64,000 nt of DNA, taken from NCBI RefSeq assembly GCF_001194135.2, contig NC_068985.1, positions 65,262,187 to 65,326,186 of the forward strand. The letters run 5' to 3'. The notes under the pieces are model-generated. The model worked only from the letters and a program-made list of their open reading frames with translations. It had not been told where the DNA came from and did no database searches. The position numbers and the translations under genes were made by a program. Positions 62,330 through 64,000 of this stretch are shown here, one piece after another (positions within the stretch are counted from its first letter, which is position 1; the number at the start of each line of letters is the position of its first letter). Source of the stretch: Octopus bimaculoides (lineage: Eukaryota).

Positions 62330-63530
62330 TGCTTATTGTCTCATTTTAACAAAATTCAGTGGCTTCTCTTCTCCATTGTAGTCGCATGATATTGCTCATG
62401 GTGGTATTTGCTTTATGATGAATTAGACATAGTGACAACAACAATCGCCTCACACTGTGTCCAATGAATCCTCTACATCCAACTTCAACTGGTAAATTCT
62501 CTACTTCCCAGCCTGCATCTTCTTATTCCTCAAGGAGGTTTTTATAATGGTTGATCTTTCAAGCCTAAGATGCATCCATGATATTTTCATGAGGAACCTT
62601 TAACTTAATTAGATTTACTACTTTCTGTCTTTCACAACATATCATTATATTAGGTTTCTTCATAACTAGAATGGGAAGAATTCTTGGCACCCTGGTGAAT
62701 TCTTGGCACCTCCCATTAGCAATTCCACTTTTCATCATTCACAGGAAGTTTCTTCTTCTTCAAATGGATCTGCTGTCCTGAATGCACGAAAGTAATGAAA
62801 TATCTGGTTGGTTTTTTCTGTGGCTTTATGCCACTGTTGATGAGAGTAATTTGGTTCTTCATAGCATTGAAGAGAACCAGATTGTGTCTCCATGTATATC
62901 TAGTTAATGCTAGTGAACTGTTGGAAAGAATATGTTTCAGTGTTCCAACTTTTCTGTATCTGTATTTATCATTCTTTGATATGTTCTATCTTACTAAGTT
63001 TGTAGCCGATGGCAAGGCATCATAAGATGAATGAATCAGAAAACTCAAATGTGATGTACTCCACTTTCCTATTTTAGTCCAACTTATTTTTCTCTCAACT
63101 GCATATTCTTCCCAACTTGTCATCTGTCCTTGTTGAGAGCATTGAATCAAATGAAGCTCTTTTCTCTCTGTTTCTCTTGCTTTGATGCTGTTGCTAACAA
63201 CAAATCTGCATTCGTTCCACATCATACTTGAAAATGGTCTGAACCAACCTGCACCAAGTCCAATCTCTTCTGATCAATCCACTATATCTCAGTGTGTAGT
63301 GAAGACAAGATGCCATTAGTCTCTGCTTCTATTTTTCACTTCCTGGCTGTTTCTACATCTGGTGAATTACGTCTGATTTCCATATCTTTTGACTCTGAGC
63401 ATAACTGTTTGTACCTTCCCTACTTTATAGTATATACTATATACTGTTATACACTCAGTAGACATGAATGGATTCCTGAAGTAAAACTAGTGGCACTTAT
63501 ATCCATACTGTCGACGACATCAGGTAGCTG
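62330..63530 (-). mobile_element. Hero-like RLE non-LTR retrotransposon 3' remnant
   Basis: ETARK.K.EAET...GLG, QGQMTSWE...RKISW...SFLIHSSYDALPSATNLVRW, YTWRHN and K.PHE...Y..L.EE..DAGWEV.N.PVEVGCRGF motifs, with many stops. Confidence 0.7.
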
Positions 63531-63619
63531 AAGACAGTGAATGTGCTATAAATGGCATACTACCAGATGTATACCCAAGTTTAAAATTATTACTTAATGA
63601 TTCAGCAAATCATTGTAAA

Positions 63620-63775
63620 CATAACCTTAACCCTAACCAAAAACATTCATTCCAAGTGCTTCCACCCTAACCTTCAATCCTAAATGTAAGTTCTTATCTC
63701 AAAACTCTAACTCTCAGCTTACTTCTAAATCCTAAACACTAATACTGATCCAAATCCTACTCCTAAAGCCTGCAT
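63620..63775 (-). repeat. Short degenerate CCCTAA-like tract
   Basis: AACCTTAACCCTAACC...CCCTAACCTTCAATCCTAA...CCTAAACACTAA. Confidence 0.6.
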
Positions 63776-63889
63776 TAGGTTCTCATGTCTCAATATCATG
63801 TTATTAGACATGGGCCTGTACTTTTTCTAGCAACTGCTAATTAGGTTACCAAGGTAAGACACCATCTATAAATCCTCTTGTGTACTCGA

Positions 63890-64000
63890 GAAAATCAATT
63901 GATTACAACAGTTACATAAGTGGTATAGATAACATGAATCAGATAATGAGCGATCACCTGATTGGTAGACCAGGTAATTAGTGGTGGATACCTGATTTGG
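63890..64000 (+). mobile_element. piggyBac transposase fragment
   Basis: Homologous to 48770-48880 (DYN.YI.G.D..NQ.M.....GRPGN.W..YL.W). Confidence 0.7.

Overview
This is eukaryotic, AT-rich, gapped scaffold DNA made almost entirely of transposable-element debris. The SINE/RTE tails and microsatellite style recall coleoid cephalopod (Octopus-like) genomes; that is a recollection, not a search result. Only one host coding exon is confidently identifiable: the terminal exon of UMPS (OMP-decarboxylase C-terminus) at 50673-50860 on the minus strand, which the ORF track misses. Three further orphan exon candidates are weak. Mobile content includes two head-to-tail Tx1/L1-clade LINEs; at least four Penelope-like elements (PLEs), one with ~560-bp inverted terminal repeats and one with ~650-bp direct pLTRs that each carry a hammerhead ribozyme fold; a full-length decayed mariner; piggyBac copies; hAT/Buster elements with 8-bp TSDs (one with a nested piggyBac); a non-autonomous Helitron; RTE, R4-like and Hero-like LINE remnants; and SINEs. 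A ~7.6-kb composite block (33150-40760) alternates a ~217-bp diverged satellite with degenerate TTAGGG/CCCTAA tracts in an inverted arrangement. No prokaryote-type system (CRISPR, operon, rRNA) is present. The most interesting recurring pattern is fold-back PLE-derived insertions ending in (TA)n tracts. I found no compelling evidence of a wholly new biological system.
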